Shown here: one piece after another, positions 48,490-59,211 of the stretch
How positions within the stretch are numbered: the stretch's first letter is position 1
Layout of the letters: each line of letters begins with the position of its first letter
Origin: a virus
Taxonomy: Duplodnaviria; Caudoviricetes
Strand: one strand, 5' to 3'
IMG/VR virus record: IMGVR_UViG_3300011989_000257
Location: 288,001-352,000 of that record
DNA length: 64,000 bases
Notes under the pieces: generated by a model
The model's input: only the letters and a program-made list of their open reading frames with translations
What the model was told of the DNA's origin: nothing
Database searches by the model: none
Program-made: the position numbers and the translations under genes

Positions 48490-50133
48490 TTAATTAGTAG
48501 GTACGTCACCTTTTGCTTGGTTTAACCTATTATCATAATCTTTAACGGAGTGCGCTATTGCATTTCCAGCCGAACCAAGCACTCTACCCATAATAGTATC
48601 AGAAGTCCAATGCCATCTTGCAATAGTTCTATTTATTGCAAATTGGTTGGCTGCTTTCATTATCTTGTCAGCTTTATTTGGCATCAACTCAATCAAAGTC
48701 AATGCTCCACTCCATATTCCGCTTGAGTGTCCAGATGGATACGAGTTCGCTGGTAAAGAGTTCTTTTGCGCTTCACAATAATCCGACTTGGTATTTCCTT
48801 GGATATATGTGTAACCAACAAAGTCACCATTGGTATTATATGTCTTATATTGATTTGATGAAACACATCCATCACCATCTTCTATACCTTTATCACATAG
48901 TTCATTCCTCCTATCATCTATTTCTGAATTCTTTTTTGCTTCTTGCTCCCAAGAACAACCAGGTCTTAATCTTCCATATTGTTTTGGGTTCACATATGGA
49001 GAAAGTAATATCTTACGGTAATCACTTCCAACATCCACCATTGCATTTATCAAATTTGGTAAATTACCAGTGTCGTTTAACCTAACGCCTATTGTGTCAG
49101 TACCGAATACTGGGTGAAAAGTGTATGTACCAACAGTCCTATTGTCACCAAATAAATGTTCATTGCAAGCCTCTTTATCAGCAATTGCTTGAACTGTCAT
49201 TTGTTTTATATTAGAGTCGCTAGAATTAAGGTTATATGTTTCGACTATATGTTCGTGAATAGTTCTATCTACCTTTGTGTTACTGTATTCTTCTTTTTCG
49301 TCTGGAATAATATTTGAAGGTCTAGATTTATATCCTGGTGCGTAAGGTCCTGGGGCAGTCGGCATAAATTCCCTTAAATCAGTATAGAACCCATTTTTAT
49401 TTATCACGTAATTCTGTATTGCGCTTTCACTCTCTAAAGATAATTGCCTATAATAATCAAGGGTTTCACTATACTTGCTTCCACCTACTTCAGTTCTCAT
49501 TGTAGAAATGTTAGGACTCATTTTGCCTCTCATTGCTGCATATATTCCAGATGCTACAAGCCTAGCAACGTTTGGGTCTGTTTTGAACTTATACCCAAAT
49601 ACATTGCTTTTGTTAGTATACCCTCCAAGTTCATATCCAGTCTTAAATATGGCAACCCTGTTACTAGGTTTCAATTCTGCAAGTTGCAGTGCGAATAACC
49701 ATCCAATAAGTGTGTCAAACGCCTTTTTCTCTGTGCCATCTTCGCCATAATAATTATATACATTTGGAAAGTTTTCTTCTTTATATAATTTAGGCAAATC
49801 CTCTTCAGTGCCACCATCAAATTGTTCCTTTGCTTCGGCATATAATTTACACAAGTAATTATATGTGTTTTCATTTGGGTTAAATGTGTGTCCAACAGCC
49901 GTTTCAAATGCTTTTATATAGTCATCACAATCAGTTGGAGTTGGTGGTGTTGGACCTGGTGGAGTAGGTGGAGTTGGTTCACTTCCAACTGTAAACATTG
50001 CACTTGCTGAACAACTTTCACTAGTATATTTCACTATGTATGTATTTCCATCTGACCCATCAAGGAAAGTTGCTTTACCAGTATTTGAATCAAATTTTAC
50101 AAAATCTGTTGGACTAATTGACCAATTTCCCAT
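48490..50133 (-). CDS. PAP2/class A acid-phosphatase-like protein with a virion-type N-terminal module
   Basis: GRLRP, SYPSGHS, RTIARWHWTSD; MGNWSISP N-terminus plus a Pro/Thr linker. Confidence 0.75.
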   Translation of the reverse strand: MGNWSISPTDFVKFDSNTGKATFLDGSDGNTYIVKYTSESCSASAMFTVGSEPTPPTPPGPTPPTPTDCDDYIKAFETAVGHTFNPNENTYNYLCKLYAEAKEQFDGGTEEDLPKLYKEENFPNVYNYYGEDGTEKKAFDTLIGWLFALQLAELKPSNRVAIFKTGYELGGYTNKSNVFGYKFKTDPNVARLVASGIYAAMRGKMSPNISTMRTEVGGSKYSETLDYYRQLSLESESAIQNYVINKNGFYTDLREFMPTAPGPYAPGYKSRPSNIIPDEKEEYSNTKVDRTIHEHIVETYNLNSSDSNIKQMTVQAIADKEACNEHLFGDNRTVGTYTFHPVFGTDTIGVRLNDTGNLPNLINAMVDVGSDYRKILLSPYVNPKQYGRLRPGCSWEQEAKKNSEIDDRRNELCDKGIEDGDGCVSSNQYKTYNTNGDFVGYTYIQGNTKSDYCEAQKNSLPANSYPSGHSSGIWSGALTLIELMPNKADKIMKAANQFAINRTIARWHWTSDTIMGRVLGSAGNAIAHSVKDYDNRLNQAKGDVPTN

Positions 50134-50379
50134 TAATTATTCTCCTCGTATTTTAAATAAATAATTGTTGTATTGTCAGGTTTATTGATTCTGTTAACCT
50201 CAACTATCTTACCACAACTCTTTTTATTATTTTTTAATAATATATTAAATATTTTAAATAATATATTATATATAATATTATAAATATTCTTAAATATATT
50301 CATATATTTTAATAATTTTAAGTATAAATATTTGTTTTTTTAATATAATTTATATATCTTTGCAAAAAGTAGTTAAAAA

Positions 50380-51213
50380 ATGAGTGACATTAAACGTATA
50401 ATACACATTGCAGACGTACATATGAAGAACTTTCAACGCTTGGAAGAATATTCAGAACAATTAACGAAAGTGGTTGATAAATGTAAAGAAATTGCATCAA
50501 ACTATAATAAAGATGAAATTCGTATTGTAATTTCTGGAGATTTATTACATAGCAAAAACAACATAAGCCCAGAGTTAATTGTGTTTTCAAGTTTCTTCCT
50601 AAGACAATTAGAAGAAATTGCAAAGGTATACGTCATTGCTGGAAATCATGACCTTATAGTAGAAAACAAAAGCAGAACTGATGCTATAACTGCGATATTC
50701 GACACTGCTGAATTTGAGAATTGCACATTCCTTGATGCCGAATTCGGATATAAAAGCGGATGTGCAATAGATGAAAATGTTGTATGGTGTTTATATTCAA
50801 TTTATGAAGATTTCAATAGACCAACAAATATTGATGAAATAAAGAAAAATAATCCAAACTATAAATTCATTGGACTATTTCATGGACAAATCATAGGTTC
50901 AACGCTTAATAACGGATATGTATCAGACAGTGGTCTTGATGGTGCTGAATTTGAAGGTTGTGATTGTGTAATGGCTGGACATCTTCATAAACGCCAAGTT
51001 ATAAAAAGAGGTGACTGCGTAATAGTTTATCCAGGTTCATTGATACAACAAACATATGGAGAAACAATATCTCAACATGGTTTTGCAGTATGGAATATAG
51101 AAGATATGTCCTATGAATTTGTTGATATTGATAGTAATTATGGCTTATATGATATTGAAATAAACGATATTTCGGATATTGATGAAGATAAAGAAAGGCT
51201 GATTAATTTCTAA
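50380..51213 (+). CDS. metallophosphoesterase, SbcD/Mre11-like nuclease subunit
   Basis: ADVH, GDLLH, GNHD, FHG, GHLH, YPGS. Confidence 0.88.
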   Translation: MSDIKRIIHIADVHMKNFQRLEEYSEQLTKVVDKCKEIASNYNKDEIRIVISGDLLHSKNNISPELIVFSSFFLRQLEEIAKVYVIAGNHDLIVENKSRTDAITAIFDTAEFENCTFLDAEFGYKSGCAIDENVVWCLYSIYEDFNRPTNIDEIKKNNPNYKFIGLFHGQIIGSTLNNGYVSDSGLDGAEFEGCDCVMAGHLHKRQVIKRGDCVIVYPGSLIQQTYGETISQHGFAVWNIEDMSYEFVDIDSNYGLYDIEINDISDIDEDKERLINF

Positions 51214-51222
51214 TCAGCCTTT
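51194..51222. terminator. bidirectional hairpin terminator
   Basis: AAAGGCTGATTA-ATTTC-TAATCAGCCTTT. Confidence 0.7.
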
Positions 51223-51231
51223 AAAATAGAT

Positions 51232-52893
51232 TTATTGTATTCTAAATTGAATTTCATTTCCTATTGTGATATTAGGAGGCGTTATTATATTACAATTATG
51301 TTTTCCATCTTGACGGACTATAATGTCATCAGTACAGTTTCCAATATATATTGTGATGACATCTTCACGAGTATAATCTGTTTTTTCAACAGATAAGCCT
51401 ATAATGCCATCATCTAGCAAATCGTCATCAACCAACTTTACCCACCAAGGTAATTCAAAAAATACTTCTTTACCTTTACATTCCGTATTGGCTGATAATT
51501 GATAAGTGCCACCGCTTGCATCAAATGTTATTACATCAGCACTGAAACAATTGGTACATGTTTCTTTACATATTGTCTTATATTGGTTATAAGTAAATTC
51601 GACTATATTAGAGCATCCACTGCTAGCACATCCACCACTCTCCTTGAAAGTATAACTTATATTGCCACCACTCCAAACGCAGTCTTCAGCTTGCTTTATT
51701 GTAATACCACTTGATGGTATGTCATCATATTTAACAACAATTGTGGATTCAGAACCGCTAACACATTCGCCGCTATATGGTGGTATTGTGATGATATCTT
51801 CCCAAGTGTTTCCACTTGTGACAGCAGACGTACAATCATCATAGCATACATATGTATCATATCTCCAACGTAGTCTCACATTATCGCCATAAGATGGGAA
51901 TATGTAATTAGCAGGTAATTCTTTGCCATCCATCGTATATGCTGAAAAACTGTCCTTAACGATGCAATAACTAGTCCCAGCCGTGCATACTTGTCTGCAA
52001 TCATCTCTAGTATAGTCCCTATTACGTGTTATACTAAGTGGAATAGTTGTTGCACTACTTCCATTAATACATGATGCGTGGTCATTCCATGTATAGGATG
52101 AAACAATGTCAGACGTTATACAACATGCACTAGTTTCTTCACAATTTGGTATAGTCCAAGGTATCCTTTTACTTCTGCCATATGTAATCTTGGAGTTACA
52201 TTTGTCATCAGTATCAATCATCTTATAATCGAAATAGAAATATATTGTTCCACCACTATGTTCAACCTCAGTTATCTGTGTTCCACTAGAACCACTTGAA
52301 TCAACATATATGACATCACCTATCTCATAGCATATACCACTAGGTTTATCACAACATGTGTCTGGCATCTTGACATAAAAATCTATATCTTTTGTTTCGC
52401 TACCACATCCAATTGTTATAGCACTAGTTATCACTCTGCTATCAGCACTACAAGGCTTGTTTGTTTCGCTTGCAGTGAAGGTACATATGGCAGACCCACT
52501 AACCTTATGTCTAGTTATTTCACAATCTGCTTCATTATACTGCCAATAGGTGTAATATACGTTACTAGTACTGTCTGCGCTATATGGGATATAATATGGT
52601 GACACATACATGTCTATGAGTTCACACCAATTACTAGTTGGACATGGGTCACAATCTGTCCTAGGTAATTGGGTGATGACATATGAAATTGTTTTTCCAG
52701 ACCAATCAAATTGTCCACTATACGAGTGTTTACTACAATCACCAACGCCTATATAAATAGACTCACAAAACGTTTCCTCAACATCACCAAAACACCCACT
52801 GTCATCACCATTTACAGCAATCCAGCAAATGTTAGCATATGCACTGTCTGCCTCAACTGTCACTTTAATTGGTAATTCTGTCTTAATGTCCAT
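51232..52893 (-). CDS. Cys-rich putative virion protein
   Basis: 553 aa, many Cys, C-terminal BACON-like segment. Confidence 0.65.
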   Translation of the reverse strand: MDIKTELPIKVTVEADSAYANICWIAVNGDDSGCFGDVEETFCESIYIGVGDCSKHSYSGQFDWSGKTISYVITQLPRTDCDPCPTSNWCELIDMYVSPYYIPYSADSTSNVYYTYWQYNEADCEITRHKVSGSAICTFTASETNKPCSADSRVITSAITIGCGSETKDIDFYVKMPDTCCDKPSGICYEIGDVIYVDSSGSSGTQITEVEHSGGTIYFYFDYKMIDTDDKCNSKITYGRSKRIPWTIPNCEETSACCITSDIVSSYTWNDHASCINGSSATTIPLSITRNRDYTRDDCRQVCTAGTSYCIVKDSFSAYTMDGKELPANYIFPSYGDNVRLRWRYDTYVCYDDCTSAVTSGNTWEDIITIPPYSGECVSGSESTIVVKYDDIPSSGITIKQAEDCVWSGGNISYTFKESGGCASSGCSNIVEFTYNQYKTICKETCTNCFSADVITFDASGGTYQLSANTECKGKEVFFELPWWVKLVDDDLLDDGIIGLSVEKTDYTREDVITIYIGNCTDDIIVRQDGKHNCNIITPPNITIGNEIQFRIQ

Positions 52894-52899
52894 TGGTTA

Positions 52900-55800
52900 T
52901 TATCGTTTCTCGTATCTTATTTGTAATATTGCTGTTGAAGGTATCATCTGTGTGAGATAGTTCATAACAATATCGTCAATGTATTTCATCTCACTTGCAC
53001 CAATATCAGTTAATTTACCATTTTTAATCAAAACTTCATGTAATCTGAATGTAATTCTAATTACCTTAGTATTGAAACTACAGTTCGTTATCTCATCCTT
53101 ATGTTCGTTAACAAAGGCGTGTATTTTAGAATCACCTATATCAGTTGTTATTGAACTGAACCCATATCCATTGATGGTGTCACGATATGCATCAAAGTCA
53201 TTATAACATCTCTCATCGAACAAATCGTTTTCCAATGCGTATTTGAACAAATGCTTGTAATATTCAAAATATTCCTCACCATTGTCATACCTCATCATGC
53301 CATTATGAGGGTTGTTGCCCTTATTGCCGTTGATGATAGTGTTAATCATCTTGTACTCCCTATCGCCCAACGATAAGCGTTTCCAACCATTTCCTCCTAA
53401 TCTGTTTGAATAAGAGAAATCATTTATCTTGAAATAGTTCGTATAGTTCTCTGCATTTGGGTCAATGACAACAAACTGGTCACTACAGTTTTTAGTATCG
53501 TCATAGCATTGTATTCTGCCATTCACTATATAGCAGTTTATAGGCTGTCCATTTGGTATTTCTCTTATATTGATGCTTTTAACTGTTCCATATCTATCAT
53601 AGACTCTAATAACATCATCAAAGAAGTAGTCATCTCCAGCTTGAACAACGCCATTCGCTTTTATAAGCTCAATGTATTTTCCAAACCTATCAGATTTAAT
53701 GTTATAGACTTTTCCAGCAAGTACTGCAATATTATCTTGTATATTTGTGACATATACAATCTGGTCATCATGTATCTCATATGATGGAACTGACAACATA
53801 TCTTGCAATGTGTCAAACCTTCTTATATTCCTTACAGTTTCCTTGAATAAATCATCATTTTTAATATATATAATGTTATTGTCTGCATCAAATTGGAAAC
53901 CATAATAATTTCTACCATATTTGAATTTCTTATCTTCCCATCCTCCATTCATCTGAAAATAGAAATCACCGTCATACTTCTCGTACTTCTCGAAATTAGG
54001 ATATAGGTATCGTTTTCCATCCTTATCCTCATATTTCACAGGAAGTCCTTGATATGGGATATAATCAATGTCAGAGCCATCTCTATTGTAATTGGATATT
54101 GACCTATAATCATAGGTTATTGTCTTTGTAGAGTTAACCCAATCTATATGGTACATCTGATGAGGTGCGTCCCAACAATCGTCTATTGGATTTGTTTTAG
54201 CTATGAACTCTTCTATCTTGTAATCATAATCTTTATTATAGCACGCATTATCTCCATTTTTTTTTCTATCAACCCATTTTTCATTCCTTAGTCCAAACAT
54301 TCCAAGAATCATATCAATTCCTTCGATTGTGCCCTTATGACGCCAGATGGCACGAGAATTGAGTTTAAGCCTCCTCAAAAACTCGTTATTGACATCATGG
54401 TATGAATATACCCTTTCGTCAGAATATGACCTTATACGATTCCTTAAAATTGGAGATTTCGCACATTCGTCAAACATAGTATATTGGTTCGCACTTGCAG
54501 AAATCTTCTTATATTGCCCATTGCTATATTCACATGGAGTTTCCCCACTAGAACAGCAACTGATGAAATATCCATACTGGTCTTCTAACAAGTCTTCAGT
54601 ATAAGGAGTTACATCACCACTAGCATCAATGAAATGTGTCTCTATGGTTTCACAGTCACTATTATTGAATACAGAATTCCCACTTAAATTAAATGGTGTC
54701 ACCAACGAAACGTTCCACCCTTCATTCTCAACAGTGTCAGTCAAGAAATAGTCTGGAAGATTTCCTCTTTCGTCATATGTAACCCTATTAAGATTCTTAA
54801 TGTTGTTAATATATGATAATATCTCATCGAACTCCCTTGCAAACACTCTAAGTGCTTTCTGAACTTTTTCACCACCAAGAACGTACTCTTCCTCATCACC
54901 TTCCACAAACTCACGTGTATAAGTCCAGTCGAAGTTCTTGATTGCCTCATGGGTCATAGACCTATATAGGTTATCAGTGAAGAACTCATCGTAGAATTCT
55001 CCAATCTGTGAAAGTCTTGTCGTATATGTATTAAACCCATAAGATGTTGCATCTATATTGTATCCACCTTCAGATGTAGGGAATATGAAATCCTCGAATT
55101 CCCTATAATACCCGTTTTCATTCTCCTTGATAACTGAAAACGTTGCTTTATATTTAGGGGTAGACTTTGGATTCAGAATCAACCTTTGAAAATTATCGCA
55201 TTCATTATAGAATTCATCTAGATACTTTTTGGTTGGGCGAATATGCAATTCATTCAAACCAGTAGTTCCAGATTCTTTTTCATATAAATAATAAGGGATA
55301 TCATCATCACCAAGAAATACTCCTATATCATATTTTATTGATGGTGTTCCAACATGATTTAAATCTAATGCCCCAATACGCTCACCTTTACAAGGATAAT
55401 ATGTCACTATAGGAGTACCACTAGAGATTGTAGTAGTAACTTCACTTTCATTTATTTCTGTTATCGCTGAATATGGTATATATTTTTTGCTTTTAGAATC
55501 ATATTCTGAATAGAAATTATAGATTTTCATATCATTTATTTGATACTCTTCTCCATTTTCATCGACATATACATAATTTTTGTACCCACCTTCTGCAAAA
55601 TATTTTAATGGATTTACATCTTTAGGAAGCTTGGTTGCATACATATTTATCCCAAACGGATTCGTTAACAGATGCAAATCTGTTTCATGTGTTGTATAAC
55701 CAGTTATTCTTCCTTCAGCATCCCTACTAGGTATTTCACTGCCCAATTTTCTTCTTGTCTCTATTTGCTCTCCGTCTATCGTCTCATATGTAGTATAATA

Positions 55801-56238
55801 TACATCATAATCAGTACCGTATAATTCCCCTGGAAATCTTGCGATGGCATCAGTTATGGATGCACGGAACATCTCAGACAATGAGCCATAATAGCAGAAG
55901 TCACGGAAATCATAGTAATCTTGCTTAAGTACTATCTTCGTATCATTCTGCGTATCATCTTGAGAAACCATCCCACTGACTGCTGTTGCTGTCCATACAT
56001 CGCCACTAGACTTGTTCTCAGTCCATTTTTTTCTGTTGTATTGGTTGGATATACCACCATCATCCCTTACCGTAATAATAAAGTTATTACTACGATAGAT
56101 TGGTTTCTGTCCTTGAGCAAACTGATTCAAACCACCAATGGTTGTAATATCCCTTTCAAAAATGGTACTACCATCCCCAAGTGCTTGATGCTTTGACTTC
56201 AATACATAATTACTATGACTCTTTATATATTTTGGCAT
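52900..56238 (-). CDS. large putative structural (baseplate-region) protein
   Basis: 1112 aa; IWRHKGTIEGIDMIL resembles tail/baseplate KGT motifs; structural gene context. Confidence 0.55.
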   Translation of the reverse strand: MPKYIKSHSNYVLKSKHQALGDGSTIFERDITTIGGLNQFAQGQKPIYRSNNFIITVRDDGGISNQYNRKKWTENKSSGDVWTATAVSGMVSQDDTQNDTKIVLKQDYYDFRDFCYYGSLSEMFRASITDAIARFPGELYGTDYDVYYTTYETIDGEQIETRRKLGSEIPSRDAEGRITGYTTHETDLHLLTNPFGINMYATKLPKDVNPLKYFAEGGYKNYVYVDENGEEYQINDMKIYNFYSEYDSKSKKYIPYSAITEINESEVTTTISSGTPIVTYYPCKGERIGALDLNHVGTPSIKYDIGVFLGDDDIPYYLYEKESGTTGLNELHIRPTKKYLDEFYNECDNFQRLILNPKSTPKYKATFSVIKENENGYYREFEDFIFPTSEGGYNIDATSYGFNTYTTRLSQIGEFYDEFFTDNLYRSMTHEAIKNFDWTYTREFVEGDEEEYVLGGEKVQKALRVFAREFDEILSYINNIKNLNRVTYDERGNLPDYFLTDTVENEGWNVSLVTPFNLSGNSVFNNSDCETIETHFIDASGDVTPYTEDLLEDQYGYFISCCSSGETPCEYSNGQYKKISASANQYTMFDECAKSPILRNRIRSYSDERVYSYHDVNNEFLRRLKLNSRAIWRHKGTIEGIDMILGMFGLRNEKWVDRKKNGDNACYNKDYDYKIEEFIAKTNPIDDCWDAPHQMYHIDWVNSTKTITYDYRSISNYNRDGSDIDYIPYQGLPVKYEDKDGKRYLYPNFEKYEKYDGDFYFQMNGGWEDKKFKYGRNYYGFQFDADNNIIYIKNDDLFKETVRNIRRFDTLQDMLSVPSYEIHDDQIVYVTNIQDNIAVLAGKVYNIKSDRFGKYIELIKANGVVQAGDDYFFDDVIRVYDRYGTVKSINIREIPNGQPINCYIVNGRIQCYDDTKNCSDQFVVIDPNAENYTNYFKINDFSYSNRLGGNGWKRLSLGDREYKMINTIINGNKGNNPHNGMMRYDNGEEYFEYYKHLFKYALENDLFDERCYNDFDAYRDTINGYGFSSITTDIGDSKIHAFVNEHKDEITNCSFNTKVIRITFRLHEVLIKNGKLTDIGASEMKYIDDIVMNYLTQMIPSTAILQIRYEKR

Positions 56239-56240
56239 AA

Positions 56241-57155
56241 TTATCCTAATTTATCCTCTATTGTTTGGCTAAAATCGATACCATTCTTCTTATTTTCCTT
56301 AACTTCATACACTGGTTTACCACTATATTGGTCTTTCAATGTAAAGTGCTCTGCTTGATGATAAATTTCATTCTTTTCATTGAATGTTGTAACAAGACCA
56401 TTATCAAGGTCTCTAAGTTGACTATTCTCCAACATATAACTGATTGTATCAGCATCATGTGTTGTCATCTCTATGTCAATTTGTATTGGTTCAAATAACG
56501 TATTGGTTAGCAACACTTCTTGCCCAACTTTTCCTATGTATGGACTTTGATTATCCTTGAACATTGGCGCTGCTGAAGGTGATAATGTTATAAAGGTCAA
56601 TGTAGAACTGTCCTCGTAGCGATAAGTATAGGATTTATCGCTTGATGTTGCTGGCATTGAAACTACTGGTTCACACTTGTTATTTGATGTCACTATCCTA
56701 TAATAGTCTTGTCTCCCGCCAGTGCTGTCAAGGAATATGATACGATATCCAACAAGTTCGTTGTTTTTTAATGCCTTTTCCTTAACCAATGTATTACCGT
56801 TTATCTGTGCAGTGTCAAGAACGATTCCTCTAACATCTGGGAATGCTGTCAAATTACCAACATCAATAATCTTGGTCTTAGTCTCTTTTGGCTTTATATA
56901 TACAGTATAGAAGCCTTTCTTATTAAACTCACTAAGAGGAAGTTGAAGGTTATACATACCCTCAACCACACTGTCATTACTTTCACCTTTAGCTCTTGTC
57001 AAAACGCTAGATGGTAAAGATTTAAACCTTGCATCACTCAATGAATCATAACTCCTTGTTTCATGATAACAGAAGGAAATATCCACTAAGTTATCTATAT
57101 CTCCATCCTTGATATTAATTGGTATTGTTGTCCCGTAAGCGCCTAAAGCTCCCAT
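56241..57155 (-). CDS. putative structural protein
   Basis: 304-aa ORF in the structural operon. Confidence 0.6.
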   Translation of the reverse strand: MGALGAYGTTIPINIKDGDIDNLVDISFCYHETRSYDSLSDARFKSLPSSVLTRAKGESNDSVVEGMYNLQLPLSEFNKKGFYTVYIKPKETKTKIIDVGNLTAFPDVRGIVLDTAQINGNTLVKEKALKNNELVGYRIIFLDSTGGRQDYYRIVTSNNKCEPVVSMPATSSDKSYTYRYEDSSTLTFITLSPSAAPMFKDNQSPYIGKVGQEVLLTNTLFEPIQIDIEMTTHDADTISYMLENSQLRDLDNGLVTTFNEKNEIYHQAEHFTLKDQYSGKPVYEVKENKKNGIDFSQTIEDKLG

Positions 57156-57168
57156 GTTCTCTTATCTA

Positions 57169-59211
57169 TTATTTATCCATTATTTTAAAATATCCATTTC
57201 CATAGTTCTCCAAAGCCTCCAAACTAGTAACCTCACCAAGTTTAAGATGCTTTTCAAACGCAGAGTTTATTCCTCTGTCTATATAAATATCACCCTTAAC
57301 ACTTTCTTGCGCAGCTATGCCAAGCCTATATTCCTCCCTTATTAGAGGTACTTTAGTATCTCCTGAAATATCATAATCACTATCATATACCCTATTCATT
57401 GCGCTTATAGGGGTTTCAAAGTATGATAGGCTATCAGTATATGGCGTATCATATGTATTGTCCCTAATCGTCTCTTCATTTTGCTTAAGTCTATATACAT
57501 ATATCGGGTAACTTACAGAATGTGCAGATGGTGTTGACTTATCCGTTGGAACTGCATTTTTATCAACTTGTTTCAAGTAATACTCAACCCTAGTCTTTAT
57601 AAATTGTACTGTCTCACTGTATTCTATACCCTCACTAGACAAAATTGGGGTATTGCCGCTTAATTGGTATATGTTACCAACATGATATACAACATCACAA
57701 TATACATCATCGTCATATATTAAGTCAGCGTTCTTTTCAGCCTCTGCCGCAGTTATTGCTGACACTACAGTATAAGCACTAGTTTCTGAGTATGCGCTTG
57801 CTCGATGTTTGCTAGTGCCACTGTCACTATCTGTCAATTTATAATAGAAGTCCATAGTGTCAATAACATCACCCTTGAACATGTCATCATGCCCATCTAT
57901 ACTCATAACATTGGTAATTGCACTGACTTGATATAACGGCTCTAGAACTTCGCCTTCATTTGGCTGGTGATTAGTCTTACCACTTATGTCATATAAGCCC
58001 TCAATCATATTCCCTATATCATCAGTAAGGTAGTTATCCAAGTGTATTGTATTTAATTTCGATGTGGTGTATCCACTTACAACGCCATCTGTTTCACTTG
58101 ATAAATTAATTTCAATCCATCCATTTTCATCATCTATTTTTTCCATGAACACCTCATCGAATACATAGCCACTACCACTAGCAAGCCTCTGAACCTTGCC
58201 ATCTTTTATAACGGTAGCCCCACTATGGGTATTACCACTCTCAAAATGTATGATGGTTTCAGTTTTGGCACTTTCTGTTGGAATAGTTCTATAGTCTGTT
58301 CCAATCTCATACCTTTCACAAAATATAGAGAATTCTCCCAAATCTTCAATAGAATTCTGCAATTCAATTGGAGAAATAATATGAGGAACAAAACAATCAC
58401 TTGTATTTGCGCTTAAGGCTTTAATGTTATCTTGTATGTCATCATACCAAGTTGTCATTGCTGAATATTCATTGTATCCACCACGTCTAACATATTCAAC
58501 ACAGTCACAGCAATCTGAAGATGCTGAACAGCTTTCCTCTGATGTGTAGGCAGAATACCCATTTCTATCCTCGAACCATCCAATCCATCTTATCACATCT
58601 GGGTAATATAGTGTGTCTCTTTGCCAATAGTCTTGCAAATCACGAGGAATACTATAGGTTGGCACTATATTATCACAAATCCATTTATAAAAACCATTGT
58701 CTATGGATTCAGTGATTCCAGAAGTCTGACATGAGGTTTGGTTTCTTGTACTACAAGTTACAACACCACCCATACATTCTATCTCTTTATCTAGTTCCTC
58801 GTATGTTTCCCTAACATTGCCATAATATAAATCCTCTGGCCATCTTTTAACCTCGTTATCATAATATTGTGTTGCAGAACTATACACAGTACTACAATGT
58901 CCATAATGATTTAATAAGTTATAATATTCCTTGAACTTGTAATACCAATTGCTTAAACGTTCAAAAGAGATGACAGTACAACCACTAACTCCATTGCCAT
59001 TGGTTATTCCACTAGCATGGCAGATGCCACTAGGTAATTCCACATTACAAGGTATCAAACCCCAGTTGCTAGTATATGCATACCCCCTACCACTCAATGA
59101 CTCTTCATCAAAGGTAATGGGGGTATTAGTACCAGGGATATATGCTGGTACAACACTAGGCAATCTGCTAGTCATTGGTTCTAACGATATGGTCTTATAT
59201 ATTTTCCTCAT
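57169..59211 (-). CDS. putative structural protein
   Basis: 680-aa ORF in the structural operon. Confidence 0.6.
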   Translation of the reverse strand: MRKIYKTISLEPMTSRLPSVVPAYIPGTNTPITFDEESLSGRGYAYTSNWGLIPCNVELPSGICHASGITNGNGVSGCTVISFERLSNWYYKFKEYYNLLNHYGHCSTVYSSATQYYDNEVKRWPEDLYYGNVRETYEELDKEIECMGGVVTCSTRNQTSCQTSGITESIDNGFYKWICDNIVPTYSIPRDLQDYWQRDTLYYPDVIRWIGWFEDRNGYSAYTSEESCSASSDCCDCVEYVRRGGYNEYSAMTTWYDDIQDNIKALSANTSDCFVPHIISPIELQNSIEDLGEFSIFCERYEIGTDYRTIPTESAKTETIIHFESGNTHSGATVIKDGKVQRLASGSGYVFDEVFMEKIDDENGWIEINLSSETDGVVSGYTTSKLNTIHLDNYLTDDIGNMIEGLYDISGKTNHQPNEGEVLEPLYQVSAITNVMSIDGHDDMFKGDVIDTMDFYYKLTDSDSGTSKHRASAYSETSAYTVVSAITAAEAEKNADLIYDDDVYCDVVYHVGNIYQLSGNTPILSSEGIEYSETVQFIKTRVEYYLKQVDKNAVPTDKSTPSAHSVSYPIYVYRLKQNEETIRDNTYDTPYTDSLSYFETPISAMNRVYDSDYDISGDTKVPLIREEYRLGIAAQESVKGDIYIDRGINSAFEKHLKLGEVTSLEALENYGNGYFKIMDK

